Positions 12,700 to 26,000 of a DNA stretch of 64,000 nucleotides are shown piece after piece (the stretch's first letter is position 1; each line of letters opens with the position of its first letter). The notes beneath the pieces are model-generated. The model was given only the letters and a program-made list of their open reading frames with translations. It was not told the DNA's origin and ran no database searches. Source of the stretch: Haplodiscus bocki (Eukaryota); contig OZ296653.1 in NCBI GenBank assembly GCA_965655095.1, forward strand, positions 4,402,001 to 4,466,000. Direction: 5' to 3'. The position numbers and the translations under genes are program-made.

Positions 12700-14420
12700 G
12701 AAGTCAAGCCTGTATTTATGCAGAAAAATGAATCTGAACACAAAAATTTGTCAAAAATAACAGCATTTGGAGATTCTTGGACTATCACGATTCCAATGCA
12801 AAGAATATAACAATCAATTTTAAATCGAAGAGTCCATCAAAAGCAAATTGTACTAGATGGAGACACCGAAGTAAAAAACAAAGTCAAGAGTTGGAAAAAT
12901 GTGAGTTAGAATATCAGAAAAACGTCAAAATTAAAAACAATCCCTCTGCATTATCGAACATCAAAACTCCTACTCGAGGAACAAAATCATTCCACTTTCG
13001 AATCCAGAGCTCCTCTCCATTGAAAAAAATCCATTGAGAGCTCATTGTTCGAGGGAAGAAATCTTATCTGTGGTAACGGAACATTATGAGTTCGAATATC
13101 GAGGTGAGTCAAAATCAAAAACTTCCGGAGTTTTTGGAACTTCAGGATTCCAAAAAAATGCATATTTCTTCAACAAAACGTCTCTGCAAGTATTAAAGTT
13201 TCGATCAAGACCTTCACGGAAGGAATCAAGCCTATCAAAGTTGTGAAAACCGGTTGAATATCGAGAAGATTCTATTTTGGTAGCTCATTTTGGAATCTTT
13301 TAGACTATCAGAAATCTGAACGAAGTTGCAGAACAATTTCTTTTTTAAACGAATTCTCCTTTACAAATCTAAAACTTTTGAATGGCACCTTGAGGGAAGA
13401 AAATGAAACTGTATTTAGTGAGGCATTGGAGCTTGAAGATCGAGACAAATCAACATTGTTGACAACCTTGGGAATTTTCGGATTTTCAGAATTGCGACCC
13501 ACGGAAAAAAAGTAATGGTTTTTTGAAAGCACATTTCTGTACCGGTTTTGGGCTTTCGATTGAAATTTTGATGAGTGAAATCAAGAAAGTAAAAACTGAG
13601 AAAAAACGTGGCTGAATCGTGGGAAGAATCAAAAACAAAAGCAATTTTTTGCAATGTTCGGACCATTAAAACTCTGATACAACTATCAAAGTAAATTTTT
13701 TTCAATCCATTCTTGTTCTACGACTGTACAGCTTTCGATTGAGATCCAGATAGAAGTAATCGAGCCAGTAGTTACGGAAAAACTTGAGTTCGAACGTCGA
13801 AATATGTCAAAATTATTAACATTTTTTAGAACTTTCGGACTATTAGGAATCTAATGCGAGGTTAAAAGTGAATTGTTATTAAACCAAATCGTCCGCTAGA
13901 AATACAAAATTTTCGATTGAGATCTCAAAGGACAAAGTGAAACCTTTAGTTACCGAGAAACATCAGTTCGAATATCGACAGGAACTAAAAATGATAGCAC
14001 TGCTTCGGATTTTTCGGTCAATCAGAATTCTGATGCAAGTACCAGAACCGACAGTTTTTCATGGTAATAGTTTGCCACTACCTGAAAACCTTCTTTTGAA
14101 ACCTTGATGGAAGAAATTGAGCAAGTAGTTTTGGAGAAATGAAGTAATTGATAATCGAACCTTTTCAAAACTAATGGCAATTTTTTCACCTTACCGGTCT
14201 ATCCGGATTCTGACGCAAGGGAGACAAGCAAAGATTTTTCCATTGAAAACCCTTGTACAAGTAGAAAAATTCCGATAGAAACCTGTATGAAAGAACTGAA
14301 CCATGTGTTTTTGGAGAGAAGTGGGCTGCAACTTTTAAGAATTTTAACTCTTTTCGCTTTTTGGCGTTTCTTCAATGTGAGAACTCCAGAACGATATGTT
14401 CCAGCCAATCTGTTATCGAC
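12700..14420 (+). repeat. Highly degenerate ~178-bp tandem repeat, block 2 (~10 copies)
   Basis: Marker at 12779, 12955, 13136, 13302, 13479, 13659, 13836, 14015 and 14195 (spacings 166-181 bp). A second motif, gtagtt..ggaaaa..tgagttcgaatatcga, recurs in phase. Confidence 0.7.
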
Positions 14421-14754
14421 GAAATGTTATATTTTAATCCTCGGAGAGATTAGGGTTGAAGAAAAAACTGATCCCAAAAAACTGCCAAAAAAGTTCAATT
14501 ACTTACTTTTATGTTTAATAGTTTTTAACAGATCTATGAATCTCAAACTTTTTTCGGCTTTTTGCGAAAATCTAAAGATATACCCAGTTTTTTGTAAAAC
14601 ATTCAGAAAGAAACTATGTATTCTAGTTACGTCAGAAATCGGATAATTTTTGAAAAATAAAGCCCAGTTATCAAAAAACCTTTATTTTGTCGAAAAGACC
14701 GTTTTTTGCTATTAAAAAAGAAGAGTGTGTTAACGAGTGTCTCAGAAAATGTAA

Positions 14755-14825
14755 AAAAATGGCCCACAGCGGCTTCGAACCCGCCACTCCTGGATTCTCA
14801 ACCCAGGTGAAACCAGACGCATGTA
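14755..14825 (-). repeat. tRNA-derived fragment (SINE-like or pseudo-tRNA 3' half)
   Basis: Minus strand reads ...GGAGTGGCGGGTTCGAAGCCGCTGTGGGCCA followed by a T-run, i.e. a B-box/T-arm and terminator-like T tract. No complete cloverleaf. Confidence 0.45.
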
Positions 14826-15299
14826 TCATATAAGACACGAAAGTATCTGCGGACGATTCTGCGCGTCATGGGCAATTTCAGGGAAAGGAAAAAAACTCCA
14901 ACTACTGAATTGAAAATTTTCCTTTGGAAAATTTTTTTTGTCGACAGAAAAGAATAACTATGATGTTAGTTAACATTACATTTTTATCGGTACTGTCTGA
15001 TTGCTACACATGTATCATTTGTTTCCAGTTCGATACAACTTACACTTGAACTCTTCGAAATTGAAGCATTGTGAATTACTCCTTCAATTAAAACTGTTAC
15101 CGATATAGAACTCTTAGACGCTCAGATCGCAAACTCAGTCTCCTTTTTATTAACACTTTTGCAAACTCGCGGCTGTATCTAAGACAAGGAATCGCCTTGT
15201 AATGAAAGAGACCTCCTTAGGTTTTGGTACTCCTGATACTTAATATATCAAGAATCCATCATTGTATGAAATCAAAACAGAGCCGGCTAAGGTACAGAG

Positions 15300-17175
15300 G
15301 TGCTCGGAAAGTTTTTTAGATAAGCATTCACAGAACGTGTGCGTATGAGCGGTGCATGCAGGGATTCCTTCCCCCCTCAGGAAATCCGTGCATTCAAAAA
15401 AATTCATATGAATAGAATTAAAATTAAAATATTAAAAAAACAAACTGTTCCTTGAAAAGTAGTAATTTGATTGGAGGAGACAAGAAACCGGATCTCCTGC
15501 TCGCTTCACATCTAATTTGATAGATTCAGGACCGAGTGGAGGTACACCAATGACAGAATCCAGGAAGGTGCGGGAAAAGATAAGGTACTTTATATCTGTT
15601 TTAACGGGCCTGCACAGTGGGATAGTGAGCCTCCGAGATTAATTAAGTCTGAAAACAATCACCGTTCAATTACTATTCAGCACTCTCATAAATCTCATAA
15701 ATGGCAGTTTCCTTGCCAAAAATGTCAGAAGAACAGTACGACAGCTTGGGAAAGTCAAGATTAACGTTCACCTGGATATTCAAAAACTCCCTTCTAATCG
15801 ACTAGTTGGCCTAATTCCACTATGTTCTACATTCACTGCTTGATAATTCTTACAGCCATTTTACTCTGAGATCAATGCAGAAAAGAATTGAAATGAGCGA
15901 AATTTAGACGGTCAAATCTAACGAACGAAGGCGATATAGACGCTCACACTGAATCAAAGTGACTGACATGAACCGAGAGGCCCGAGATTTTCAATTGCTT
16001 CGATATACGCTGACACTCATATTTTTCGAATGCAGTGTATACTTACTGCAATGAAAATAATTTTAGAGGGAGCAATTCCCACTTGTCAGAAAATTCTCAA
16101 GTTATGTTTTTTTCTCGCACCAGAGCTAATTTCTTGTTCAAAATTCTTAGATTAAATATCTGGACTTTCAACTTGCCAGCCACTCCTAACAATTGGTCCA
16201 ACTTTTCTAACCGGTGCTCAATTGGGGAATGATCTCATCATACAAAATGTTTAAGATTATTTGATTATTCAGAGGTTTGGAATGGCTACACCTATCCTCT
16301 ATATTACACGGAGAAGTGAAAACTAATCCTAACTTTACCTTCGCTGGCCTTTCCCCTTACTTCGATTAACCTCACTGACCACTGTACCCAAGCTGGAATA
16401 AAATCAATTTCTCCATTTTCAGACTGCTTCTGGCGAACAGCTTTAACACAACAACTATTCACTTAGACTCTACCACATAATGTAATTAAAACCTACATCT
16501 CATTTAAAGCCAGTGACCTTTCCCACGCCTCAGCAAACACTCCCTGTTTCAAGTAATCAACTTGGAAAAAACTAGTTCCTTCTCTATGTTTAAAAACTTA
16601 AGTCCACATCGTACCAGGACATCACCTTGTGAGAGAATATAAATCAGTTCGCTGGGCAATCCTTGTGCCCTAGTTTGATTAAAGAATGTTTTCAGTTCTC
16701 TTCATTCCCTCCGTTTCCACAATCTAGAAACGCCAGACCTTACACTGATCCTTCACCGAATCAGAAGTGAAACTTCCGAGAACTTCAACTTCCCCTGCCG
16801 TTTCCACTATTTTCATAACCCTACTAACCAAAATGAAATAATCCTATTCTATTCAAAACATCCATCACTCCCTCCGTTCTCACTGCCTCAAAATAGCAAC
16901 ACCTCCGGCCTAGATAATACAATTTGAAAACTTTAGCCCAATAACTTCGCCACCCACTCACTCTACAGTGCATATCCTCCCTATCCTGTACTTTGACTAG
17001 AAGAGTCTCAACAAGTTCAACCTTTTTTTAGATTCTCTTCGTTCCCACAGGTTGGAAAAGTTAAGCCTTCGTCTGGATGATGACTTGGTTTAAAGTTGGA
17101 AGCCCCAAACCACAATAAATTCCCGGACGTTTCAGCTACTGGCGTTTCTTAAATTGATACCTTCAGAAGATTATG
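15300..17175 (-). mobile_element. Probable Penelope-like retroelement relic (heavily decayed)
   Basis: The minus-strand 5' end has CTGAAG...GAAACGTC, the minimal hammerhead signature of PLE repeats. A purine-rich coding-like tract with many stops follows, and GFPEGG near 15370 is weakly similar to the RT G-x-P-x-G-G motif. Confidence 0.4.
17120..17171 (-). ncRNA. Degenerate minimal type I hammerhead ribozyme motif
   Basis: Minus strand: TCTT-CTGAAGG-TATCAATTTAAGAAACGCCAGTAGCT-GAAACGTC-CGGGAA. Core A9 is changed to G and stem II is broken, so it is probably inactive. Confidence 0.4.
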
Positions 17176-20100
17176 AAACTTTTTTTTAGTTTGCACGGTG
17201 TCACCGACTCTATGCTAAGGCTTAGGGTACCTTCTCGAACCTTCATGGATTTTCGCGCAAATTGAGAAAAAAGGACTCAAAGACCCCAAGGTGTAACCTA
17301 TACATAACTATATTCACTTGACCACGAAATGATTTTCATTTTTAAAAATTTGTGCCCGTTACTACGATGGTTTATGTAGTTCGTCCTGCGATCCTACGCA
17401 GCTTTGCTCCGTCTTTGAAAGAAAAATAGTTTTTTGCAGAACGTCGAACAAACTTTTTTATATCGGACGAAATTACAATTTGCTGTTAGCAAAAGCGTGT
17501 CAAAAAGCCGAAAACCGAGTGACACTATGAGTATTTCGTAAAAATGAAGTTTTCGGAAGTCTTGAAAATTTAGAAAATCTAGCCTTTAAATCTTTCCACA
17601 AGTGCTAATAAGATAACAAATCTTTTTTTTTCTTCTTCTTAACCTATTAGGTGATTTGGAATTTTCAAACTCATTATTCAAAACCAACGAAAAATGGCCA
17701 AATAGTGGCAATCATCCAATGAAAATGAAAGAAAACGGTCGTTTGTGTAATCTTCGCAAAAATAGAGAAAGTTTGCTTAAAATAATTGTTTTGCATCAAT
17801 TTTGATGTGCTTGTAATTGTAAAATGATTTTGTATGGCAAGTAGGTACGGAAAGTAACTTTTTGTAACGTTGCTATTTGTTTATGCTAGATTTTAGACAC
17901 TTCCACTTGCAAATCTTAACTTGTTTGAAAAAATCGAAATGTGAAATCACATCCAGAGCTAAATTTCAAAGTACATTCTGCATTTTCACTCGAGATCAAA
18001 GAGACGACCGTACACATAAAATACCGAGAGAAAATTGAAACCAAACTCGGAGTCGTTGGTGTCACAATTAATTATTGGACCAGCTGTCAACTTAGCTTTT
18101 CCTCAATTAGGTCGAATAAAAAACTACTTTCCATGGCATCTCATACTCTCATGGCCAATTTTTTGACCAATCGATCATGTCTATTTAGACTTCGCCTGTT
18201 TGCAGCCCAACATTTATGAAATTTTACAACGAAGAAGTGCTTGTCCGCTTATACTACTAAACAATTAGACTCTGTCGACGTCAAAAAATGATACTTTGAA
18301 GACAAGGAAAATTAACTGGGTATAAATTGTTTCCGATGCACGTTCTTCATTTCAGTCTGAATGAGTAGAAGTTCATTCAAATTGAAAAAACACTTGAGCA
18401 CAAAGATCAGCAATTGCTGATTGCCACCACTGTAAAAAGAACTCGATTCCATATCTTTCCTACAGAGAAGTGTTTGTTATCATGTTGATGAAGAACAGTA
18501 ACTATAAACTTTGACTTTCAACAAAAAAAAAGACGAAAGCCCCAATGATTCTAAATCATTACAACACTTACAAAACTTTCGCGCCCATATGACGTACCAA
18601 ATTAGTGTGAACTAGTATACACTCTCTTTTCCACAGCTACTGTTGTTTCCACTCTTGCTTTGTGCGTTGTTTTTAATTGTTCCTCGTTTTGGCTGTCAAA
18701 TCATTATATATTTTTATATAATACGCTCAAATGAACCTTCACAATGAAGCCATGACAAGCGAACATGGCCCAAGTTTTACTCTCTTAGAAAACACCCGTT
18801 TTCCATTATTCTAGTGCATTTCACTTCACTCACTTTAATAAACGAGAGTTCAAGGTATTACTCTCCGGAGTATGAAAGACTTCTTTTTCCCGGAAATCGC
18901 AGAAAATTTTTCCTAGCACATTTTCAAAAAACGAAGAATCATCTCAGAGTTTTGGGTTCAAAAGGCGTTGAGGCTCACTCTTGGTCGCAAGTGTAATTGT
19001 GATCAGAACAGTTTTATTCTACCAAAAACCTTCAACACTATCGTCAAGCGTCCAACCGTTTTGCCCTTGGTTAACTATATGACCGGTGAATTGAGACACC
19101 TCATGGAATTGTTTCGGGAAGAGTGTTTTTCCTAATCAAACCAACCTAGTTGTCCGTAAATGACACCATTCCAAGTAGTTCTCTCAACAAGATGTTCAGG
19201 GGGTAATATTGGAGATACTAGCAGGTCCTTCTCAGAGGGTGGTGTTGTGAGATAACATCTAACAGAAGATGTAATAAGTATGCTGTCCTCAGGGTACAGG
19301 TTCTCTCTCTTGTTGCAGCAAGAACTGCCCAAAATAGACATCAAATTGATCTGAACATTCCAACATGGAAGATTACTTTACTAAACAATAAAATTTTGAG
19401 AACGTTTCTTCAGCGCATAAAAGTTTGCGACCATATGAAGAATAATATAGAAAAAAAGCTATTCCAATCTTTGGGTCAAAAATAGAAGGCGAAACTTTCG
19501 ATACTCCAGTCAGCAAATATTTGAATCACTGGGACGCTGTTGGTGTTCAGAGAAAATTCTAGTTTTATGAAGCGTCTAACATTAGAATGACGCAAATGAG
19601 AAATTGACCGAATTTTCATGTGGTACATTTATTCAGAAGCACCGTTTTTTATAATTCTCCAACCAAGTTGCCGGGTTGTCTTTTTCTAAGGTGGGTTGTG
19701 CAAGATCGTGCGAGTTACAGTGGCCAGAACGTAAAGCGTTGCTCAAAGACGTTTCGGGGTTTCTTTGATTTTTTTCAACTACTCACTTACAATTAAGCAA
19801 TTCTTACTCACAGAAAGGATGTTTGAAGCTATTACAAATTCGACAGATGATAAATTAAGTCTTTCGGTAACAAAGAATAACTTCAACTTTTGATAGGAGA
19901 ATGTTTCGACAGAAATTTAATAAAGAAATGCGCCCGAAACTCTGAATATCGGAATTCGAGAACTTTAACAAAACTTCTCAAGGTTTGCATTTTCTACTCA
20001 AACAATTTTGAGCTAATTAATTAATTGGACCACTCGGCTCAATTCATTCACGTTGCCGCCGACTTTGAAGTTAGGCGATGTTGAAGCGATTGGCTGTCGT

Positions 20101-20759
20101 AATTTTGAGAAGTTGACTCGGCTTCGAATAACGAAGCGTCTTTGAGAAGTACCAGTCGAGACAAGCTTTGACGTCATGAGAATGCCATTTACATTCAAGT
20201 AGCTCTGGCTTTTCCGACGGAGTCTACTATTTGGTGTCCCAAAAAAACGTTACATGTAAAAATTTCGATCTCTCAAAATGGCAAATATTAGTAAACAAGA
20301 CGTAAAAACAAGTTAGGACGTTTCTTATCTCACTTGTCAATCATGAGAAATTGTGATTCTTAGTTGAAACATCAGAGTAAAAAGTGCATAAACTCGGTCA
20401 ACTAAGTCGGGACAACCTCCATAATCTGAATTCGAAAATGTCATTTTCACACTTTCATACTCACTGGAGGTGTCAAATATGAAGATTGACAGGCGGTATG
20501 ATGTGCCGACTTGAAAGTTGTTCCGATACTTGTACATTAAAATTACTTGTTTTGAGGGCTCGAAATTTTTGCAAGCAGCGTTTTTTTGTGACACTTGGTG
20601 GTTGAAACAAAGGAGTAAAAGGCCTTTTAATGCTTTTTTGACTGGAGTTCTCATTTACTCATCGAAAAATCTCGGATCGCCTAAAAAGTTGAACTTATCA
20701 CAAGCTACTCGGGTAGAACTTTTGTGGAAATATACCGCTATTTTCCGGGTAAAGTGGCA

Positions 20760-20880
20760 TGAACGCCACTAACGCCGCTAACTATCTACTAAAACGCCGT
20801 AAACGCCTTTATACTGACAAGAACTGCCATTGACGCCTTTAGCATTCCGGTAGAACGCCGTAAACGTTGTTATACCAGCG
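20760..20880 (+). repeat. Short degenerate AACGCC(G/T)-motif repeat
   Basis: gaacgccactaacgccgct...aaacgccgtaaacgcctt...gacgcctt...gaacgccgtaaacgtt. Confidence 0.5.
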
Positions 20881-22039
20881 AAAAAGACGTCTACAAAAAT
20901 CTAATTTTCTCACATTATGAAGAATCAAAAACTCACGGTAGTAGTTGTAAGGGTCAGTTTGCTCGGGGGGGGGGGGGGTTAATTTGAGTGAGTAACCATA
21001 CATGGTAATTTACTCAACTCACCCCGAGCCAACAATTATTACGAAATCGCGAGCCGAGAGACGACAATGACGTAACGGAAAAGAAGCCGCCAAATAAAAC
21101 GAACCATATCACCTCACAACTCGAAAAATACGAACCCGGCATGAAAATTATTCGCATTCCAGGCAATGTTGGAAAAATATTAAACTGTATTCTATGTTGG
21201 CAAGTATTACAAGAAAAAAGTGATCCTCTCTGAAAAAGTGGAAATTGCAAACGAGATGGAAGGAAAGGAAATCAATAAAAAGTGCTTTCATCTGCCTACT
21301 TTGAAATGCGTGACCAGGGTATTGCTTTTTCCATGATTGCTATTGATAATAAAACAACTCTATCGCTGCCTTCATTTGCCTAGCGCCATCCGCCCACCAA
21401 ATCGATAAATACAAAACAAAACAAAAAACTATCCTCTGACTTGCATCCCGAGCTTTCACATTGTAAACATATAAATACATGCTTTTTTGTATTAAAATGC
21501 TGAAAGTTAACATGAAATTAACAGAAGTAAAAAATTCTGTTCAGTTTTTGCCGTTTTTGTATATCGTTTTTTTGTTTTTCAGCAAAGAAAAGTGTTCTGC
21601 ACTCAAATTTTTGAAAGACGAAAAGCAAAAAAAAATTGCTCATCACAAATTTTTGAGACTTTCCCAAAGTTGATCAAAAAATGGTGGTCGCTTTGATGAG
21701 GTTGTTAAGGAAATTGAGGTTTCCAGGTTTCTGGATCTCAAAAAAGTACAGTGGACTCCGTGGAACTTTGATAACGGTGTCAAAAGAACGCCGAGTTTTT
21801 GAATTGGGGTCTGTAGCCCGGAATAACAGTGAAATGAAGGTGTAGCTAGACATTATTCAAAGTAGTTAAAGAAAGAAGAATTCAGGTGAAACGCCTAGCA
21901 CCAAAAAGCACCGCATGTGGGAAATTTGCTCAATTTTTAGCAAAAAATTCTCTAATCCAGCGTATGTTCTTTCCCTTTCTTTTTCTGTATCGTGCTGGCT
22001 ATCTCCATTTTGAAATTTAAACTTGTTTTTTCGTCCATT

Positions 22040-22560
22040 CGTTTCCTCTTTGCACCAAAAATGTTCACTGGGCAGAGCTGGATGCCGTCCAACACTTGTT
22101 GGTGTATGACAAACCAGAAGCCACGCGACAACTGAATCCTCGTGTCAAAAAAGACAGGTTGGCGCCTTTGGAAAAACTCTGCGGCAAAACCGTTGGCTTG
22201 TCTATCATTTTTGGTTCAATATGTCATATTGTTAACTTTGTCTCGACTTCTTTTTTCACATTCCAGTACTCTGAAGAGTGTTTGATTGCGTTGTACCTCA
22301 TGCAAGAGAAAACTCTGGATGCGTTTGCATTATACCACTTGTGCAAACATCATAGAAAAATGCTAAAAGCATGTACTAAGGCCTATCAAGAGGGTACGTT
22401 GCACCCGAAATTTCGCATTGCTTCACCAAAACTTGCAAAGGGCAAAGGGTTCAAACAGAAAACTATGTGACTCTATGTTTCCGATTTAGTATTGTTTTTG
22501 ATATTATCCAAACTTCTTTTGCATGTGTAATATTATTCGATTTTGACTTTTTTTCCGGGA
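22040..22560 (-). pseudogene. Possible Polinton accessory gene remnant (DEDD-type exonuclease-like)
   Basis: Frameshifted fragments AKEVWI...SHSFLFEP resemble the KEL...SFxFxPP pattern of that family. A possible second remnant (EVVKEIEV...) is on + at ~21680-21960. Weak. Confidence 0.25.
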
Positions 22561-22619
22561 AAACGTCACGTAAATTTTTTCTCTCTGATTTCGAAACAAC
22601 TAAACTTTTTGCCGTTTTT

Positions 22620-23019
22620 CATGTAAGATGGGTTCTACCAGAAGTTCCTCTCGATGTGTTATTGGAACCTCAAACTCTTCTACGAAAAATATTTCTCATC
22701 TCATCTCCCTTGGAGTACCTTCAAATTTACAAGTTCTCAATCAACGTGGAGCCTGTCATAATTATGCAAAAACAAATTCCAAAAAGCCTAGACTTGATTC
22801 CTTACTATTTCATGCCCTGAGTTTCTGGAGATGTACTTTCATCTTCATATTTCCCAGAATTCTCTACAACTCAAGGACTTCACCGCCAAGTGAATTGCAC
22901 TCTTTTTACTTCCATATTTGTTTGTTTTACTTGTTGTTGCTGTCAAAACATGCGGGTTGTCAAGATCTCAATTCTAAAATATTTGTTATAGGCAACAAAA
23001 CAGTTTCCACACTCTTTCC
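22620..23019 (-). pseudogene. Possible fragment of the N-terminal region of Polinton protein-primed DNA polymerase B (downstream piece)
   Basis: Frameshifted fragments ECGNCFVA, ELxRILGNMKMKVHLQKL and NLKVLQGR*DEK resemble the NLCLF / ELARRS / NLxRHxxxC succession I recall from such proteins. Weak. Confidence 0.3.
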
Positions 23020-26000
23020 TAAAATCGTTTCCCAAACGTGTTCTAAGTCACCCAAAGTGGTGGCCGTACCTCAAAATTCGATTTCTCAGATAGCCGTCTA
23101 ATCGAGGGTCAGGTTGACCTCGACTTGTGAGTTTCGGGTTGCTAGTTTTCTTCGTCAAAGTGTCTTACAAGAAAACGTTTAGGTACTGAGCAAAGTACAG
23201 CTGATAGACTCTCTCCAGCAACAGAACTAGGACTGTGCCTGTCTTGTGCAAAAAAACACGACCGTTGGAAAAAATTTGAACGAAATTACTTGAAACGGGC
23301 TAAATTTTGTTTTAAATTTTAAAACGTAAATTTTAAATTCCCATGTTAGCTAACATTTGGAACCCAATCATTGAGCCCTAGTCGTTGGTGCTGGTCTCAG
23401 CTCTCCATCTCACACTTTGGATTTTTGCGGCAAAATCCTCATTTCAGACGTTTCTCATTTCAAAGTTCGACTTTTGAGATAGCTGCAGAATCGAAAGTCC
23501 AGTTGACCTACACTTACTTGAAGTTTGGGTCGATTTTCGTTGCCTTGCAAGGAAACGGATAGGTACTGAGCAAAGTACAACTGTTGGATAATCTGAAGCA
23601 ACAAAACCAGGACTTTGTCTTTCTTGCAATAAAAGTTTCACTATGTTGAGGAAAGTTAGAATGAAACTACCTGACTTGGGTTTTTTGTTTTTTGAAATTC
23701 GCCATGATCCGTACAATTTATACCCTCATGGTAGACAACTACTCATTGGTGACAGTTTCAGCTCTCTATCTTGCAATAGGATTTTTGTCCCTGAGCCCCA
23801 TTTCATAAATTTTGACTCAGCATTTTCAATTTTTTTCGCAAATGTGCGCCATATTACCCAAAGTGGTGGCCCTATCTCAAAAACCGTTTTGATAATAGCT
23901 GCAGAATCGATTGTCTGAGTGACCTCAACTTGTTCGAGGCTTTGGTCTTTTATCCTGTGCGTCAAAATATCTTGCAAGAAAACGGATATGTGGTTAACAA
24001 AAAAACAACTGGTGGACTCTCCGCAGCGATAGAACTAGGACTGTCTCTTTGGTACAAAACGTTTGATTTTGTTGCACAAATATAAGTCGAAAAAACCTGA
24101 ATTTAGCTGTTCTTTGAATTTCAACTGGATCAGTACAATTTAAACTTCATGTTTAATAACCTCTAGATTTTGATCATCGAGCCCTATTTATTGGTGTTGG
24201 TCTCAGTTTTCTATTTTTGCGTCCCCGAGTTCCAGTTCAAACTTTTTGACCAGGCACGTTCAAAATCGTTTCCTAAACAGGTTTTATATCACCCAAAGTG
24301 ATGGAGGTCCCACAAACGTCAACTTTTGAGATAGCTGCCTAATCGAGGGTCCGTCTGACTTGGACTTGATTGAGGCTTGGGTCGGTTTTGCTGCGCGTCA
24401 TGATGTCTTGCAAGCAAACGGATAGGTGCTCAACAAAATACAATTGGTGAGTTTTTTGAAGCGACAAAAACAGGATTGTGTCTGGGTTAAACAAACGTTT
24501 GAGTCTGTTGGAAAAAGTTAGGAGGAAACTACTTGAACCGGTCTATATTTTTGTTTTTCAAAACTCAACATGATTTGTACATATTAAACCCCCATTTTTG
24601 ATAACAATTCGAACCTACCCGTCAAGCCCGAATCAGTGATGACAGTTCTCAACTTTCTTTCTCACTTCGGATATTTGCCTCCCAACCCCTTTTCAAAAGT
24701 TTCACTAGGCACCTTCAAAATCGTTTCCCAAGCATGATCTTTATCACCCAAAATGGTGGCCGTATCTCAAACTTCGATTATTGAGTTAGCCGCAAAACTG
24801 TGGGTTCGGTTGACAGCGACTTATTTGAGGCTTGGGTTGGTTTTCCTTTGCGTCAGAATGTCTTGCAAGCAAAACAGTTCAGTGCTGAGCAAAGTACAAC
24901 TGATGGACTCTCTGCCACAAAACTAGGACTGTGTCTGTCTTACGCAAAAAGTTTGACTCTGTTGGCACAAACTAGGAAGAAAATATCTTAACCGTGCTTT
25001 AGTTTTTCTTCAAAATACACCAGGATCCTTTTGTTTTAAAACCCTATGTTAGATAACATTTCGAATCTAATCATTGAGCTACTCGTTAGTGTTGGTCCCA
25101 GCTCTCTATTTCTCACTTTGGATTTTTGCCCCCCAAAGCTCATTTCTGACTTTTTGACTGGGCGCGTTCAAAACTCATTTAACAAACGTGTTCTATATCA
25201 CCCAAAGTGGTGATTGTATTTCAGAATTCGATTTCTGAGATAGCTGCAAAATCGAGGGTCCGCTTGACCTTGTTTTGCTTGAGGCTTGTTTTAGTTTGCT
25301 CTGCGTCCGATTGTCTTGCAAAGAAGCTGATAGGTGCTGAGCGAAGTTCAACTGGTGGGTTCTCTCAGGCGAAAGAACTAAGAATGTGTCCATCTTGAAC
25401 AACCATTTGAGTCTGTTGAAAAAAGTTAGAATTAAATTACCTGAATCGGGATACAATTCTGTTTTTCAAAATCCACCAAGATCTGTACATATTGAACCCC
25501 GATTTTTCATAACATTTCTAACCTACTCATCAAGCGCTACTCCTTGTTGACGCTCTTAGCCCTCAGTCTCTCACTTCGGATTTTGCCCCCCGAGCCTCAG
25601 TTCAGACTTATTGACTAGGCACCTTCAAAACTTGTTTTACAAACAGGTTCTATCTACCCAAATTCGTCGCCTTATCTCAAATTTCGATTGGTGAGTTAGC
25701 CGCAAAATCGTGGATGCGGCTGACCACGACTTGTTTGAGGTTTTAGTCGTTGTTTCTCAGCGTCAGAGTGTCTGGCAAGCAAAAGAGTTAGGTGCTGCGC
25801 AAAGTAAAGCTGAATGACTTTTTGCAGCCACAAAACTAGGACTGTGTCTGTCTTGTGCAAAAAACTTGACTCTGTTGGAAAAAATTAGAAGAAAATGACC
25901 TCAACCGGTTTTTTTTCATCAAAATTCACCTGGATTCTCTATTTCGAACCCCGCGTTAGATGATATTTCGCAGCCAATGATCGAGCCCTACTCGTTGGTG

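Noticed and set aside
17183-17415. Possible Helentron-associated short element (T-run, TTTTAGTTGC...CGACTCTAT start, small 3' hairpin)
   Set aside because: Single copy in the window and the ends cannot be verified.
19745-19780. Second hammerhead-like motif (minus strand CGAAACGTC)
   Set aside because: No CUGANGA or pairing stems can be recognised.
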